NCBI GenBank assembly: GCA_041497675.1
Contig: JBGQGY010000040.1
Span: 1 to 25,350, forward strand
Length of the DNA stretch: 25,350 nt
Direction of reading: 5' to 3'
Source of the DNA: a bacterium
GTDB lineage: Bacteria; Sysuimicrobiota; Sysuimicrobiia; Sysuimicrobiales; Humicultoraceae
The first letter of the stretch is position 1. Each line of letters opens with the position of its first letter. A program made the position numbers and the translations under genes. Shown one piece after another: positions 24,339 to 25,350 of this stretch. The notes beneath the pieces were generated by a model that ran no database searches, had not been told where the DNA came from, and saw only the letters and a program-made list of their open reading frames with translations.

Positions 24339-25350
24339 TTATCGGCGGACTTCGATGTTCGAGAGGTCGGTCCACCCCAGCGACAATGGTGACCCTTCGT
24401 ACCCCCGCACGTGAGGCTTCACGAGCACGGCCCAGCGGGTAAAGACGACCGGTACCAGCGCGGCGTCGTTCATCGCCGTCTGTTCGGCCTGCCGATACAA
24501 GGCTTCGCGCTCAGGCTCGCTCCGGGCGCCGTTGGCCTGGTCGATCAGTTTGTCGAAGTCGGGGTTCTTGTAGTTCGCGAAGTTCAAGCCACTGCGGCCG
24601 TCGAGCAGCACGTCCAGGTAATACCCGAAATCGAGGAACGCCGCCGACCAGCCCTGCATGAATGATGCGAATGCGTTGCGACGGTTGAGGGCCGCCCGAT
24701 AGGCCGCAAACTCCTGGCGCAGCAGGCGCACGTCGACGCCGAGCCCCTCCTTGACCATCGCCGCGACCGCTTCTGCCGCCATCTGGTAGTCGGGAGCCGC
24801 CGGGTTGATGGCCATCTCCAACGGCGGCAGGCGGCCGGCCCAACCCGATTCGGACAGGAGCCGCTTCGCCGCGTCGAGATTGTAGGGGAGATTCTTTTGG
24901 TTGGCGTCCACGCCTGGGACCTGCGGCGGCGTGATCCCGTAGGCGGGCGTATAGAACCCAAAGAACACGGTGCGGGCGATGCGATCGCGGTCGATCGCCT
25001 GCGCAAACGCGCGGCGCACCCTGACGTCCTTAAACGGCTCGTAGACGGCGCCGTTCAGCCCGAGGAAGAGACTCTGCGCGCGCGGGAACACCTTCAACTG
25101 GCCGCTGTAGCGGCTGTCGCCCGAGATACGTCGGTAGTCGGCCAGCGGGACATCGGTGAGGTCGAGTTGTCCTGCATCATACAGGTTCAATCGGGTCACG
25201 GCCGACGGGACGATGACCATCTCGACCGTGTCGACCTTGGGCGCCCCCAACACAAAGTCTTTGTTGGCGGCAAACACGAACTTTACGTTCCGTTCCCAGC
25301 GCGCCAGTTTGAAGGGCCCTGCCCCGGCGTCGCTCTTTTCGTACCAGTCG
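24339..25350 (-). CDS. ABC transporter substrate-binding protein, family 5; 5'-truncated by the window edge; tandem paralog of 22715-24316
   Basis: The frame is open to the window end (..GAGPFKLARWERNVKFVF..) and is collinear with the downstream SBP, ending IEVRR. Confidence 0.92.
   Translation of the reverse strand, partial: DWYEKSDAGAGPFKLARWERNVKFVFAANKDFVLGAPKVDTVEMVIVPSAVTRLNLYDAGQLDLTDVPLADYRRISGDSRYSGQLKVFPRAQSLFLGLNGAVYEPFKDVRVRRAFAQAIDRDRIARTVFFGFYTPAYGITPPQVPGVDANQKNLPYNLDAAKRLLSESGWAGRLPPLEMAINPAAPDYQMAAEAVAAMVKEGLGVDVRLLRQEFAAYRAALNRRNAFASFMQGWSAAFLDFGYYLDVLLDGRSGLNFANYKNPDFDKLIDQANGARSEPEREALYRQAEQTAMNDAALVPVVFTRWAVLVKPHVRGYEGSPLSLGWTDLSNIEVRR

Overview
High-GC bacterial chromosomal window (by eye ~65-68% GC) that reads as a dense catabolic and uptake region with 27 protein genes, one of them truncated by the right edge. 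It holds four Opp/Dpp-type permease pairs, three family-5 solute-binding proteins (two of them a tandem duplication) and no ABC ATPase. Enzymes include three luciferase-like (LLM) oxidoreductases, M42 and M24 peptidases, an amidohydrolase, a secreted MBL-fold hydrolase, a creatininase-fold protein, a monofunctional proline dehydrogenase, a beta-hydroxyacid dehydrogenase, a PhtD-like protein, a CDP-alcohol phosphotransferase and an ATC-hydrolase-domain protein. A double zinc-ribbon protein and an RHH/RelE toxin-antitoxin pair are also present. The most interesting signal is that several enzymes with familiar folds carry specific active-site substitutions: ProDH lacks the proline-selectivity Tyr, the creatininase lacks two ligands of one metal site, the M24 enzyme lacks two PepP histidines, and the binding proteins lack the peptide-amine Asp. 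This suggests uncharacterised pathways for non-standard substrates such as substituted prolines or cyclic amides. All family and residue assignments come from motif recognition by eye and remembered reference sequences; no searches were run. I saw no rRNA, tRNA, CRISPR array or transposase.
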